This document shows, piece by piece, positions 52,120 through 62,772 of a DNA stretch of 64,000 bases. The notes below the pieces were generated by a model, which was not told the origin of the DNA, did no database searches, and was given only the letters and a program-made list of their open reading frames with translations. The translations under genes and the position numbers were made by a program. The DNA is from Gemmatimonadales bacterium (GTDB lineage: Bacteria > Gemmatimonadota > Gemmatimonadetes > Gemmatimonadales > GWC2-71-9): NCBI GenBank assembly GCA_041602035.1, contig JBFIHA010000007.1:86720-150719 (forward strand), read 5' to 3'. Position 1 is the stretch's first letter, and each line of letters opens with the position of its first letter.

Positions 52120-54558
52120 ATGACCGACTTCCTGCAGACCCTCCAGGCTGCGCTCCCCGAGCGCTATACGCTCGTGCGTGAGCTGGGTCGCGGCGGCATG
52201 GCCACCGTGTTCTTGGCGCGCGAGCGACACCCCAACCGCCAGGTCGCGATCAAGGTGCTGCAAACGGGGATCACCCTGCAGCTGGGACGGGAGCGATTCC
52301 TGCGCGAGATCGATCTCCTGTCCAATCTGACGCATCCGCACATCGTGCCGATATTCGCCGCCGGTGAAGCCGACGGTTTGCTGTACTACGTGATGCCGTT
52401 CGTCGAAGGGGAGACGCTGCGGCAGCGGTTGGCGCGGGACGGAACATTGCCGCTGTCGACGGCGCTTCGGATCACCGCAGAGGTGGCGGAGGCCCTCGAG
52501 CACGCGCACCGCCGCAACGTCGTCCATCGCGACGTCAAGCCGGAAAACATCCTGCTGCACGACGGCTACGCGCTCGTGACGGATTTCGGCGTGGCACGCG
52601 CCATCTCGGAGGCCGGTCCGGATCTCATCACCGAGTCGGGGATTGCCGTCGGCACGCCGGCGTACATGAGTCCCGAGCAGGCGTCCGGCGTGCGGGACAT
52701 CGATGGCCGCACGGACATCTACGCCTTGGGCTGCGTGCTGTACGAGATGCTCACGGGGGAACCGCCGTTCGGCAAGGGGACAGCACACGAGGTCCTGGCC
52801 CGCCATGTCACGGAACCGGCACTGCCGATCCGGGTGCACGCGCCTGGTGTCCCCGTCGAGATCGAGGACGCCCTGCAGAAGGCGCTGGCCAAGCGCCCCC
52901 CCGACCGGTTCCAGTCAGCGACGGAACTGGCGGAGCTGCTGACCGTGTTGCGGAGCAGCCTGTCATCGGCATCCATCATGCTGCTCCCGATCGGCGGCCG
53001 GTTCGCGTCACGCCTCGCGCGCGGTGGGTGGCGTACGGTTGCCGGGGGGGTGCTCGCGGCCGTGCTCGTCATTGGCGGCACGTGGCAACTGTCGCGGCGG
53101 TCGGGCGTGTTCCTCCCCGTGGATCGAGGCACGTATGTCGACTCGGTGTCGGTGATGCCACCGGAGAACCTCACCGGCGATCCAATGCTGGATCGGCTCG
53201 GCGATGCCCTGACCTACGACGTGATCAGTGGGCTCAACAGGATTTCCGAGCTCAAGGCCTCCGCCTATGTGTCGGTCCGCGCCCAGGAGCGGGAATCGCT
53301 GCAGCTCCGCGAGCTGGCGCGACAGCTCGGGGTGCGCCTGGTGCTGGTGCCACACTTCCGGCGTGTGGGTGGTCGTCTCCGGCTCGAGGCCGAGCTCGTC
53401 GAAGCGGAATCGGGACGCCTCGTCGGGAGCCGGTCGTGGTGGATTGTGACGCGGAACGAAGCAGAGTTGCTGGGCGAGTTGGGCTCGGGCATGGTCGATC
53501 TCATCACCAGTAGTGTCGGACTCGGTGCGCGTCCGCAGCTCGCGATTCGGACGGGGCCGGCCCAGGAGCAGTATCTCCTCGGCAAGCATTGGCTGGGGCG
53601 CCGGACACCGTCGGGAGTGCGGCGGTCGATCGCCCACTTCCAGAACGCGATCCGGCTCGATTCGACGTCGGCCCCGGCATTCGAAGGATTGTCCAGTGCC
53701 TACATGTTGGCACTCTTCTATCGGTACGACATCGGCCTCGACGGCTACGACATTGCGGGTCGCGCCCTCGCCGCCGCCGAACGCGCCGTCCGCCTGGATC
53801 CCACCTATGCGCCAGCCTACGCCGCCCGAGGATACGTGACCAGTCGCGCCTTCGGCTCGACACGCGACGCCGCGCGTGACTTTCGCCGCGCCCTCGAGCT
53901 CGAGCCGAACTCAGCGCAGTCGGTCGGGTGGTCGGGCGCCGTGTTGCTGGAGCAGGGCAGGGAAGACGAGGCACTCCTGGCCAGTCGCCGCGCCATCGAT
54001 CTGGACCCGCTCTCGCCGGCGCGACGGCTGAGTCTCGCCTACGCCGCATTCCCCTTGGGACAGTACGAGGTGGTCATCGAGGAAGCGCGCCGGGCGACCG
54101 AGCTGGAGCCCGAGCTCACGACCTCGCGGGCGTTGGAGGGCCGGGCCCTGCTGTTGAGCGGGCGAGCCCAGGAGTGCGTGACGCTGGAGCTTGGCCCACA
54201 CGAAGGCGTGCGGGCGGCATGTCTGTGGTCACTGGGCCGCCGTGGGGAGGCCCAAGCGATCGTCGATTCGCTCACGCGTTTCGTGCGCGCGGGGCGCGCC
54301 GACTCGGTGTACACCGACGTGGTGCGAGTGGAAGACCTCGCCTGCTACTATGCTTGGGCCGGTGAGCGGGAGCGCGCTCTTGAATGGCTTGCGGAGGCCT
54401 ACCGGCTCTCACCCATCGGGGTCGACCATCGCGTACTGCAGTCCGCGCTGTTCGACCGTCTGCGCCGGGAACCCGCGGCGAAGGAGCGCATCGAGCAACT
54501 CACCGGCGAGATTTGGCCCAGGGTGCGGGCGGGCGCTGTCCGGTCGAGACTCCCCTAG
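52120..54558 (+). CDS. Ser/Thr protein kinase with TM segment and C-terminal TPR region
   Basis: The ATG at 52120 within ORF 52021..54558 starts the gene. Kinase motifs: GRGGMATVFLA, AIKVL, HRDVKPENILL, DFG and SPEQ. TPR-like repeats follow. Confidence 0.9.
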   Translation: MTDFLQTLQAALPERYTLVRELGRGGMATVFLARERHPNRQVAIKVLQTGITLQLGRERFLREIDLLSNLTHPHIVPIFAAGEADGLLYYVMPFVEGETLRQRLARDGTLPLSTALRITAEVAEALEHAHRRNVVHRDVKPENILLHDGYALVTDFGVARAISEAGPDLITESGIAVGTPAYMSPEQASGVRDIDGRTDIYALGCVLYEMLTGEPPFGKGTAHEVLARHVTEPALPIRVHAPGVPVEIEDALQKALAKRPPDRFQSATELAELLTVLRSSLSSASIMLLPIGGRFASRLARGGWRTVAGGVLAAVLVIGGTWQLSRRSGVFLPVDRGTYVDSVSVMPPENLTGDPMLDRLGDALTYDVISGLNRISELKASAYVSVRAQERESLQLRELARQLGVRLVLVPHFRRVGGRLRLEAELVEAESGRLVGSRSWWIVTRNEAELLGELGSGMVDLITSSVGLGARPQLAIRTGPAQEQYLLGKHWLGRRTPSGVRRSIAHFQNAIRLDSTSAPAFEGLSSAYMLALFYRYDIGLDGYDIAGRALAAAERAVRLDPTYAPAYAARGYVTSRAFGSTRDAARDFRRALELEPNSAQSVGWSGAVLLEQGREDEALLASRRAIDLDPLSPARRLSLAYAAFPLGQYEVVIEEARRATELEPELTTSRALEGRALLLSGRAQECVTLELGPHEGVRAACLWSLGRRGEAQAIVDSLTRFVRAGRADSVYTDVVRVEDLACYYAWAGERERALEWLAEAYRLSPIGVDHRVLQSALFDRLRREPAAKERIEQLTGEIWPRVRAGAVRSRLP

Positions 54559-54730
54559 CCTCACGCTACGCCTGCGTCAGGCAGTGGGCGGCCCTACCTC
54601 GAGACAAGGTGCTCACGCGAGAGCGGTGGGCGCAGCCCTGACACCCGATTATCTTGCTCGGGCTTCTGATCTGCCAATACCCTGTGCGGGGCATCCCGCG
54701 CAGGTCAACGCGAAATCGAGTGTGGGACCG

Positions 54731-55618
54731 ATGTTCAGACCAACCGTTCAATTGACCACTCTCACCACGGCACTGCTGATCGGGGTCGGGCAAAGCGTAG
54801 CGGCACAGGACGCCGCGGTCGGTGCCATCGTGATCGCACACGGTGGTAGTGCGGGATGGAATGCCCTGGTGCGTGAGGCGGCGATGGACGCGCGGACCGG
54901 CGGACCCATCGAGCTGAGCTTCCTCATGGGGCCCGAAGCATCGACACATCGGTTCCAGGATGCCGCACGACGGCTGGTCGAGCGTGGTGCGCAGAAGATC
55001 GTAGTCGTTCCCGTGTTGGTGTCGAGCCACAGCGGTCACTTTGAACAGATTCGCTACCTGGTCGGCGCCACGGACAGCCTGTCGGACATGATGCACCACC
55101 ACTTGCACATGGCGGGGATCGAGCGGGCACGAGTGAACGTGCCCATCGCCCTGGCCCCGGCAATCGATGGCGATCCGGCCGTCGTGCCGGTACTCGCCGC
55201 GCGCGCGCTCGCGCTGGCGACGGAGCCGACGAATCAGGCGCTCTTCATCGTGGGCCACGGTCCGAGCACGCCGGACGAGTACGCCATCTGGATGCGGCAG
55301 GTCCGGAACCTTGCCGATTCGGTGCAGGCAGCGACCGGGTTTGCGGACGTGAAAGCCGGCCTGTTATGGGACGACTCACCGCCGCCGGTCCGAGCGGAGG
55401 CCGTGCTTAGGATTCGTGACCTCATCGCCCTCCAACACCGAGCCACTCGTCGGTCAGTCGTCGTCGTACCCCTACTCATCTCTCGCGGGCGGGTGAGCGA
55501 CGAGAAGATTCCCGCCGATCTCGCGGGACTCGATATCGCCTATAGTGGGGAAGGTCTGCTCCCACACGCGGCGGTGTCGCGGTGGATCGAGAAACGGGTG
55601 GCGGAGACGAGACGCTAG
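54731..55618 (+). CDS. CbiX/SirB-like (class II chelatase fold) protein, two tandem domains, with predicted signal peptide
   Basis: The ATG at 54731 within ORF 54191..55618 starts the gene. MFRPTVQLTTLTTALLIGVGQSVAAQD is signal-like. Two repeats resemble CbiX: VIAHGGS...VVVPVLVSSHSGHF and FIVGHGPS...VVVPLLISRG. Confidence 0.6.
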   Translation: MFRPTVQLTTLTTALLIGVGQSVAAQDAAVGAIVIAHGGSAGWNALVREAAMDARTGGPIELSFLMGPEASTHRFQDAARRLVERGAQKIVVVPVLVSSHSGHFEQIRYLVGATDSLSDMMHHHLHMAGIERARVNVPIALAPAIDGDPAVVPVLAARALALATEPTNQALFIVGHGPSTPDEYAIWMRQVRNLADSVQAATGFADVKAGLLWDDSPPPVRAEAVLRIRDLIALQHRATRRSVVVVPLLISRGRVSDEKIPADLAGLDIAYSGEGLLPHAAVSRWIEKRVAETRR

Positions 55619-55870
55619 TTCTCCCTCCCACCCTCCAGAGGATCACGCTCAGACACAGCGTTCCCACCCCTCGCTCGTCACCCGAGCGGTAAGTGTACGC
55701 CTCCGTTGTGGCGGTCTGGCCGGGTCTGCTCAGTGACATGAGACTAAATCGAAAGGGGAGTTACGCTCTTTGGTCGGTTCCGGAGATCGCTTGACGCTGG
55801 CTTGACGCGGGCACCGAAGCGTGGGCACTGGCTTCGTGCCGGATCCTTCTCCCCATGCAAGGAGGTGCCC

Positions 55871-57085
55871 ATGCACATTCGTGCTGCCACCACCCTCGGT
55901 GCCTTGCTGCTCGCGGGCGCCATGGCTGCCTGCGACGACACCGCCGCGCCACCGGGTGACCCGGCGTTGCAGTCGCAATCTGCTGACCTCCCGCCCCCAT
56001 CGCCCCTCGTTAGCCTCGCCGGCGAGTCCGTGTGGCCGTTCACCGGCTCCGACTTCGCCGGCACCCGAGTCGATCCCATCAACGTGGCGTTCACCGGCTG
56101 GACCGATCCGCGTGACCTTCGCGCCGCTCTGCTGATGCTGGACGGTGACCGGAGTGCGTTCACCGGGCATCCGCAGCTCGGCGTGTTCGCGGACATCGAC
56201 TGCACGTGGAAGGACGCCATGGGCGACGCGCAGACCGCGTATGGTGCCGCGAGTGGATGGGTCGGCTCCTCAGTCCAACTCGAGTGCGGTGATTACGATC
56301 CTGTGCGTCTCCACCTGCGCTTCTTCGACATCGGAGACGTCACCCTTGGCGGTGCCCATTTTGAGATCCTGGTTCCGGGCACGACCAACCACCAGGTCGT
56401 CAGCTGGGAGTTCGCCGAGGGCTTGCTCGTGGCGGACATCATCCGCACCGGCATCGGGGGGCCCCTCGGGTCGAGCGGACCGATCAATCCGGTGCCGTAC
56501 CGTTCGATCCCTGGCGTCATCTACAACAGCCTGCCGGGCGAGCTGAAGTTCCTCGTTCTCGCGTCGGGTGGCGTGCCCAACTGGCCGGTGCCGGGCGATG
56601 TCGGGATCGGGACCGACGGGCAAGCCACCATCCTCCACATGGCGGCTACAGTCGACGGCAAACCCGAGGTTGCCAGGCAGCGCCTGGTGATTCAATTCGA
56701 TCAGGTGATCCCCAAGCCGTTCTGTACCTCGAGTCCGTTCGACTACCTGTACGTGAACGGCCCGGTCACCCTACGCCAGCACGTGGTCGTGACCCGGTCG
56801 GGGAACTACCACAGCCAATTCCACGCCGTCGGCATGCTGGATCTCCAGCCGCTCACGGTCGATCTCTCGACCGGCGGGCTGGTGCCATCCGGCGAGCCGT
56901 ATCGAGCCCATGTCAACGAACACGTCAAGGGCATCCTCACTGATCGGGTGAGCCTGGCGTCGCAGTTCGTGCTTCGCGCCGAGATCCCGCGGAACGGGCC
57001 GTTCCGCGGCTCGCTGCAGTCCACACTCAGGGTGGCACCCGGCAACGGCAGCTACCACAGCGTCACCGTGCGCTGCGATCCGTAG
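55871..57085 (+). CDS. hypothetical lipoprotein
   Basis: The ATG at 55871 follows GGAGGT and gives MHIRAATTLGALLLAGAMAAC. Confidence 0.6.
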   Translation: MHIRAATTLGALLLAGAMAACDDTAAPPGDPALQSQSADLPPPSPLVSLAGESVWPFTGSDFAGTRVDPINVAFTGWTDPRDLRAALLMLDGDRSAFTGHPQLGVFADIDCTWKDAMGDAQTAYGAASGWVGSSVQLECGDYDPVRLHLRFFDIGDVTLGGAHFEILVPGTTNHQVVSWEFAEGLLVADIIRTGIGGPLGSSGPINPVPYRSIPGVIYNSLPGELKFLVLASGGVPNWPVPGDVGIGTDGQATILHMAATVDGKPEVARQRLVIQFDQVIPKPFCTSSPFDYLYVNGPVTLRQHVVVTRSGNYHSQFHAVGMLDLQPLTVDLSTGGLVPSGEPYRAHVNEHVKGILTDRVSLASQFVLRAEIPRNGPFRGSLQSTLRVAPGNGSYHSVTVRCDP

Positions 57086-57247
57086 CGAGCGCTGCACCAG
57101 GGGTCCGAAGCCGACGGACACTTCGGACCCCTGACTGGCTTGGCCCACCTCAGTACCTGTCCCCCACCCCGGGTCGATCCACTAGCTTTGGTCTCTGGCG
57201 CGCCCTATGGCGGCGCATGCAGTTGCTCGCTCCTTCCAGGAGGTGTC

Positions 57248-59356
57248 ATGGCTCGGATGCCCATTCCGTTCGCGCTGGTGGTGATGCTCGCCAGTACCGC
57301 AGGGGCGTCGCGCGCGCAGCAGCTCCCGATTCTCCCCGCCGACCAGACCCAACTCATCACGCAGGAAGTCTCGGGTGACGCCGCGTACGAGCACATCCGA
57401 TACATGACGCAGTTCCATCGGCCGCGCGGCGGATCGGATGGGCTGTGGAGCGTGGCCGAATACGTGGCGGAGAAGGCGCGAGCCTTCGGGTTGACCGATG
57501 TGCAGCTCATCAAACAACCCTCCACGACGCGCCCCTGGAACGCGCGGTTCGCGGACCTGTGGATCGTGGGGCCTGCTCCCGAGCGGATCGCGAGCACGCT
57601 CCAAACGGTGCTCCATCTGGCGGACTACAGTCGGAGCGCGGACGTCACCGGTCCGTTGGTCGACATTGGGGAAGGCCGCGCCGACGATCTCGATGGCAAG
57701 GACCTCACCGGGGCGATCGTGCTGACCCACGGGTCTGCCGTGGTGGCGATGCGAGAAGCGGTGTGCGGGCGTGGCGCCGCCGGCGTGGTGTGGTACCCGA
57801 GCCCGTTCTCCGATGATGTGGGCACGAGCGGCGCCGGATTGTCGCGACCCGATCAGCTTCGTTGGCTCACGATTCCCGGGAGCACTGGGGGCGACTGTGA
57901 GCCGACGTTCGCGTTCAACTTGTCGACTCGTCAGGGGGTGGCCCTGCGCAATCGCCTCGCACAACAGGAGGAACCGCTCGTCGTCCACGCGGTCGTGGAC
58001 GCCGCGTTCGACTCGGAACAAGGTGAAGAGCCCTGGCAAGTGATGGTGGAAGGGTTCATCCGGGGCACCGAGCCGGGACTCGGCCAGGACATCGTGCTGA
58101 CCGGCCATCTGCAGGAGGAGGGCTTCTCCGCCAACGACGACGCCAGTGGAACGGCGAGCACGCTGGAAGTCGGCCGAGCCCTCAGCCGCTTGATCTCGGA
58201 GGGCAGGATCCCACGCCCGCGCCGGAACATTCGGTTCTGGTGGGTGACGGAGATCTCAAGTCAGCGGCAGTACTTCGCCGATCATCCCGACGCCCACCGC
58301 GCCATGTGGGTAAACGTGAACCAGGACATGGTCGGGGCGGATCAGTCCCAGGACATCCTACGGAAGCAGAACATCACGCGCGTGCCGGCCGCGCGGTTCC
58401 ACTTCTTCAACGACATCGTCGAGTCGGTCGTCGACTTCATGGTGGCGAGCAACACCTACGAACTGGCTCAGGCCCAGGCGGGCGGTGCGTTGTATCCCAA
58501 GCCGCACCTCGCGCACCTCGGCAGCATGCATCGCTACAACGCCGCGATGATCTTCTTCCACACCTCCAGCGACCACATGACGTTCTTGGAGGCGCCGATC
58601 GGCGTGCCGGGCGTGAGCTTCACCAACATGCCCGACCGTTTCATCCACTCGAGCGACGACGATCTGTGGAACATCGACCGCACCCAGCTGGGCCGAAACG
58701 CCGCGGCGGTAGCGCTGATCGCCTACACGATGGCCACGGCGGGCGAGGGTGATGTCGCGGCCTTCGCAGCCGCCACCGTCGGTCGCGGCCTCGAGCGAAT
58801 GGCCGCGAACGTCCGCCTCGCGCTCTCCTGGATCGCGACCGCAGAGGACAAGGACGCGGCGTACCACCGCGCGGCCGATCAAGTGTGGTACGCGGTCGAG
58901 CGGGAGCGGTTGGCCATCGGTTCCCTCAGGGAGGTGGCCCCCACTGCCGCCGCGACAGCCGACGGATTCTTGCGCGAGCTGGACCGCCGCAGCGCGCAAA
59001 TGATGCGCGAGGTGGACCTGGCCTATCGTCAGACCACTGGCCGGAGCCGGGCGCCCCGTCGGACGCTGTCCGAGACGGAGCGGGCGCTGCAGTCCATGAC
59101 CCCGTCCCTCGTCGCCGGTCCGACCGAGTTTCTGCGCGGGCGGGGCCGGCTGCGCTTCGTACCGGGTCTCCATGGACTCATGGGGTTCGAGATTATGAAC
59201 AGCATCGACGGTCGCCGCTCCGGGCTCGACATCTATCGCTATGTGGCGGCCGAGGCACGAGAAGCCGGGACGCACTACTACGGCACGGTGACGCCCGAGC
59301 ATGTACGGCAATATCTGGAGCACGCGGTGAATGCGGAGTTGGTGGTGGTGAGATAA
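57248..59356 (+). CDS. M28-family (aminopeptidase-like) metallopeptidase
   Basis: The ATG at 57248 within ORF 57140..59356 starts the gene. It has a signal peptide. LTGHLQEEGFSANDDASGTAS matches the M28 metal-ligand region (H...ANDxASG). Confidence 0.65.
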   Translation: MARMPIPFALVVMLASTAGASRAQQLPILPADQTQLITQEVSGDAAYEHIRYMTQFHRPRGGSDGLWSVAEYVAEKARAFGLTDVQLIKQPSTTRPWNARFADLWIVGPAPERIASTLQTVLHLADYSRSADVTGPLVDIGEGRADDLDGKDLTGAIVLTHGSAVVAMREAVCGRGAAGVVWYPSPFSDDVGTSGAGLSRPDQLRWLTIPGSTGGDCEPTFAFNLSTRQGVALRNRLAQQEEPLVVHAVVDAAFDSEQGEEPWQVMVEGFIRGTEPGLGQDIVLTGHLQEEGFSANDDASGTASTLEVGRALSRLISEGRIPRPRRNIRFWWVTEISSQRQYFADHPDAHRAMWVNVNQDMVGADQSQDILRKQNITRVPAARFHFFNDIVESVVDFMVASNTYELAQAQAGGALYPKPHLAHLGSMHRYNAAMIFFHTSSDHMTFLEAPIGVPGVSFTNMPDRFIHSSDDDLWNIDRTQLGRNAAAVALIAYTMATAGEGDVAAFAAATVGRGLERMAANVRLALSWIATAEDKDAAYHRAADQVWYAVERERLAIGSLREVAPTAAATADGFLRELDRRSAQMMREVDLAYRQTTGRSRAPRRTLSETERALQSMTPSLVAGPTEFLRGRGRLRFVPGLHGLMGFEIMNSIDGRRSGLDIYRYVAAEAREAGTHYYGTVTPEHVRQYLEHAVNAELVVVR

Positions 59357-59394
59357 CTGCCGGGAAGCGGGAAACGGGGAAGAGGGATGGCATC

Positions 59395-60642
59395 ATGAAT
59401 GTGCTCGTGCTGAACTGCGGGTCGTCGACGGTCAAGTTCCAGATCATCGAGACCGATGCAGAGTTGATCCAACAGGAAGCCGACCGTCGTCTGGCGAGCG
59501 GCGTGGTGGAGCGCATTGGCGGCCAGGCGCTCCTCACATTTCATTCGCAAGGGCATTCCAAGGAGCGGCATGCGGAGCCTCTCCGCGATCATCGGGCGGC
59601 GATCGATCGGATCCTGCGCTGGGTGGTGTCCCGCGCCTCGAACATCGATCACATCACATCACTGTCCGACATCCATGCCGTGGGTCACCGAGTCGTGCAC
59701 GGGGCGGAGCGATTCCAGAAGTCCGTGCGCATCGACGCGCAGGTCCTTGAAGGGATCGAAGACTGCATCGAGCTCGCGCCGCTTCACAATCCGGCGAATC
59801 TGAAGGGCATCCGGTCGGCTCAAGAGCTACTTGGGGAGGGCATTCCCCAGGTTGCCGTGTTCGACACGGCATTTCACGCAACGATGCCGGAAGAGTCGTA
59901 TCTCTACGCGATCCCGTATCAGCTGTACCGGCGTCACAAGATCCGTCGCTACGGCTTTCACGGCACGTCGCACCGTTACATCGCGTACCGGTATCGAACC
60001 GTCCACGGCTTGGAGCGGGAGCAGGTCGACATCATCACGATGCACCTCGGCAACGGCTGCTCGGCCTGCGCCATCAAGGGAGGGAAGTCGTTCAACACGT
60101 CCATGGGGTTCACGCCGCTCGAGGGGCTCGTCATGGGCACCCGGTCCGGGAACATCGACCCCTCGCTGATCGAGTATCTCGCCATCAAAGAAGGCATGAG
60201 TATTTCCGAAATCGACACGCTGCTGAACAAGCAGTCGGGGTTGCTCGGCCTCTCCGGTCTCACCGGCGACATGCGCGAGCTGCTGGAGGAGGACGCGGAG
60301 AATCAGGATCGGCGGGCGAGGCTCGCCATCGCCATCTTCTGCCGCCGGGTACGTCACTACATCGGTGCCTACTTGGCCGAGATGGGGAACGCGCAGGCGG
60401 TGGTGTTCAGTGGGGGGATCGGTGAGAACTCGTGGGCGATCCGTGAACGGGTCTGTGCCGGTCTCGGGGCGCTGGGGTTGCGACTGGACGAGGGGCGCAA
60501 CCGCGAGATGGTGTCCGGCCGCGAGGGAGAGATCTCCGTCGAAGGGTCGCCCCTCAAGGCCTACGTGATCCCGACCAACGAGGAGCTGCTCATCGCGCGC
60601 GACACGTTCCGCGTCCTCGTCGACCTGCCCAGGCGGTTCTAG
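59395..60642 (+). CDS. ackA: acetate kinase
   Basis: MNVLVLNCGSSTVKFQI..., AVGHRVVHG, HNPANL, FDTAFH, GFHGTSH and GGIGEN are canonical AckA motifs. Confidence 0.95.
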   Translation: MNVLVLNCGSSTVKFQIIETDAELIQQEADRRLASGVVERIGGQALLTFHSQGHSKERHAEPLRDHRAAIDRILRWVVSRASNIDHITSLSDIHAVGHRVVHGAERFQKSVRIDAQVLEGIEDCIELAPLHNPANLKGIRSAQELLGEGIPQVAVFDTAFHATMPEESYLYAIPYQLYRRHKIRRYGFHGTSHRYIAYRYRTVHGLEREQVDIITMHLGNGCSACAIKGGKSFNTSMGFTPLEGLVMGTRSGNIDPSLIEYLAIKEGMSISEIDTLLNKQSGLLGLSGLTGDMRELLEEDAENQDRRARLAIAIFCRRVRHYIGAYLAEMGNAQAVVFSGGIGENSWAIRERVCAGLGALGLRLDEGRNREMVSGREGEISVEGSPLKAYVIPTNEELLIARDTFRVLVDLPRRF

Positions 60643-61436
60643 CCGGTTGCGCCAGCACCCGCGTCGTCGAGCGAGGCGACGTGAATGGCGATACCACCGA
60701 GCAACTTGCGGCTCACGCGCCGCACCCGGAATCCGTGGGCGGACAACTGCGCTGACATGCCCTGCCAGGAGACGTGGTGCTCGATGGAGGCCGCGATGTA
60801 GCCGTAGGTGACGGGCTGCCGGTGCCACAGCCATCCCGCCAGGTTGCCAGCCAACCGCAGGTAGCCGACGAAGAGCGAGCGCCACAGGGCGTTCCGTGGC
60901 CGGTAGAAATCCAGGGTGACGAGTAGCCCCCCGGCGTGCAGCACGCGCGCGATCTCTCGCAGCGCAGCGGGGGTGTCAGGCGCGTTGCGAATGGCGTAGC
61001 CGGCCAGCACCACCTGCGCGCTTGCGTCGCGGATCGGGAGGCGGCTCATGTCTGCCGCCACGAACCGGGGCCACGGCCGGCCGGCTCCGGTCCGCTGCCG
61101 GGCGAGCGTCAGCATGCGCCGCGCCATGTCGAATCCGACGACGCGCGCCGTGGCAGCACTGGCGGCGCTTCCGAACGCCAAGTCACCGGTGCCGCAGGCC
61201 AGATCCAACAGGAGGGTGGGTTCTTTCGTGACTGCCGCCAGCTCTGAGAGCATCTCGCGCTTCCAGTGGCGGTCCATTCCGTACGAGAACAACCGGGTGA
61301 ACCGATCGTATCGCTTCGCGACCACCTCGAACATGGTGGTGACGAATCGCTGCTTGCGGCGGCGATCGCGAAGGTGCTCCTCTAGGTCGAGCGAGCGGAG
61401 CTGTGCTTCCGGGTCGTCGGAACCACGCGTCGGCAT
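60639..61436 (-). CDS. UbiE/MenG-type class I SAM-dependent methyltransferase
   Basis: ORF 60639..61460. MFEVVAKRYDRFTRLFSYGMDRHWKR plus LLDLACGTGDL resembles the UbiE/COQ5 family. Confidence 0.7.
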   Translation of the reverse strand: MPTRGSDDPEAQLRSLDLEEHLRDRRRKQRFVTTMFEVVAKRYDRFTRLFSYGMDRHWKREMLSELAAVTKEPTLLLDLACGTGDLAFGSAASAATARVVGFDMARRMLTLARQRTGAGRPWPRFVAADMSRLPIRDASAQVVLAGYAIRNAPDTPAALREIARVLHAGGLLVTLDFYRPRNALWRSLFVGYLRLAGNLAGWLWHRQPVTYGYIAASIEHHVSWQGMSAQLSAHGFRVRRVSRKLLGGIAIHVASLDDAGAGATG

Positions 61437-61563
61437 CAGGCGGGCCGTGTTGACACGCACGTGAGCGCCGCGGTACTCATGCTGCTCGCCTCATGATGAT
61501 CATTTTGGTCGGTTTGCTCTCGAAACGGAACCGCGCGTTCCTCCAGGACCTTGGGGGCCGTCC

Positions 61564-62772
61564 GTGAACCGATCCGCGTACGATGTGGCCGTGGTCGGCG
61601 CCGGGCCGGCGGGGAGCGCCACGGCGGCCCTGCTGGCGGAACGCGGACTGCGCGTGGTGCTCCTGGACCGCGCGGCGTTCCCTCGTGACAAGGCGTGCGC
61701 CGAGTATGTGAGTCCCGGGGCGTTGCCGATCCTCGAGCGGATCGGTGTGCTTGGGGCGCTCCGCGCGGAATCTGCTCCCCTCTCCGGCATGACGGTCGTG
61801 AGCCATCGCGGGACGGCGTTCACGGGACGGTTCCGCGCCGCGCACGGGTTCCGCGGCCACAGTGATGTGGGGCTCGGTGTGCGCCGCACCGTCCTTGACA
61901 CCCACCTCGTTCGGGCGGCTGTGGCACGAGGGGCCGAACTGAGAGAGCGGGTGCTCGTGGAGTCGGTGTCGGGAGCCGATGGCGGTGTGCGTCGGCTGCA
62001 CGTTCGAAGCAACGGCCGCCCGGACCGGCTGGTGGCGCGGCTCGTGGTGGCCGCCGACGGCCTTAAGTCGCGCATCGCCCGTCAGCTGCGCCTTGCACGG
62101 AGCGCCCGTCTCCGACGACTTGCGCTCGTGACGCATGCCACGGCAGTGGAAGGCATGGGTGACGTCGGTGAGATGCACGTCGGCCGCGTCGGGTACCTGG
62201 GATTGGCTCCCGTCGGCAACGGGGAAACCAACGTTGCCGTCGTGGTCGATCTCGCTCGTGTGGGGCCACCGACCTCGGCGGAGTGCTGGCTACGCGCCTT
62301 GATCCCGGCGTTCCCGTCGGCCGCTGCTCGGCTCCGCGGCGCCGCCCTTCACGGGCCCGTCTTGGCGGCGGGACCGTTTGCCCACCACACCGTGCGCGCG
62401 ACGGCGGACCGGCTGATGTTGGTGGGAGACGCCGCCGATTTCTACGATCCGTTCACCGGCGAGGGCATCTACGCGGCGCTTCGAGGGGCCGAGCTGGTGC
62501 TGGGAGCCGCTCTGCGCGGATTCGCAGACGACCGGCTCTCCGGCGCTGCGTTGGTGTCGTACGATCGCAGTCGTCGGAGGGAGTTTGGGCGCAAGTGGGC
62601 CGTGGAACGGCTGATTGCGTGGACGATCGGTCACCCACTCGCCTTCGAGCACGCGGCAAAACGGCTTGCACAGCGGCCTGGGTTGGCTGATCTGCTGGTC
62701 GGCGTCACGGGCGACGTCGTGCCGGCCGGCGAGGTCCTCCGGCCTTCCTTCGTAGCACGGCTCGTCTGGTGA
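61564..62772 (+). CDS. geranylgeranyl-reductase-family FAD-dependent oxidoreductase
   Basis: Starts with GTG. YDVAVVGAGPAGSATAALLAERGLRVVLLDR is the dinucleotide fold. GDAADFYDPFTGEGI is the GGR-family motif. Confidence 0.8.
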   Translation: MNRSAYDVAVVGAGPAGSATAALLAERGLRVVLLDRAAFPRDKACAEYVSPGALPILERIGVLGALRAESAPLSGMTVVSHRGTAFTGRFRAAHGFRGHSDVGLGVRRTVLDTHLVRAAVARGAELRERVLVESVSGADGGVRRLHVRSNGRPDRLVARLVVAADGLKSRIARQLRLARSARLRRLALVTHATAVEGMGDVGEMHVGRVGYLGLAPVGNGETNVAVVVDLARVGPPTSAECWLRALIPAFPSAAARLRGAALHGPVLAAGPFAHHTVRATADRLMLVGDAADFYDPFTGEGIYAALRGAELVLGAALRGFADDRLSGAALVSYDRSRRREFGRKWAVERLIAWTIGHPLAFEHAAKRLAQRPGLADLLVGVTGDVVPAGEVLRPSFVARLVW

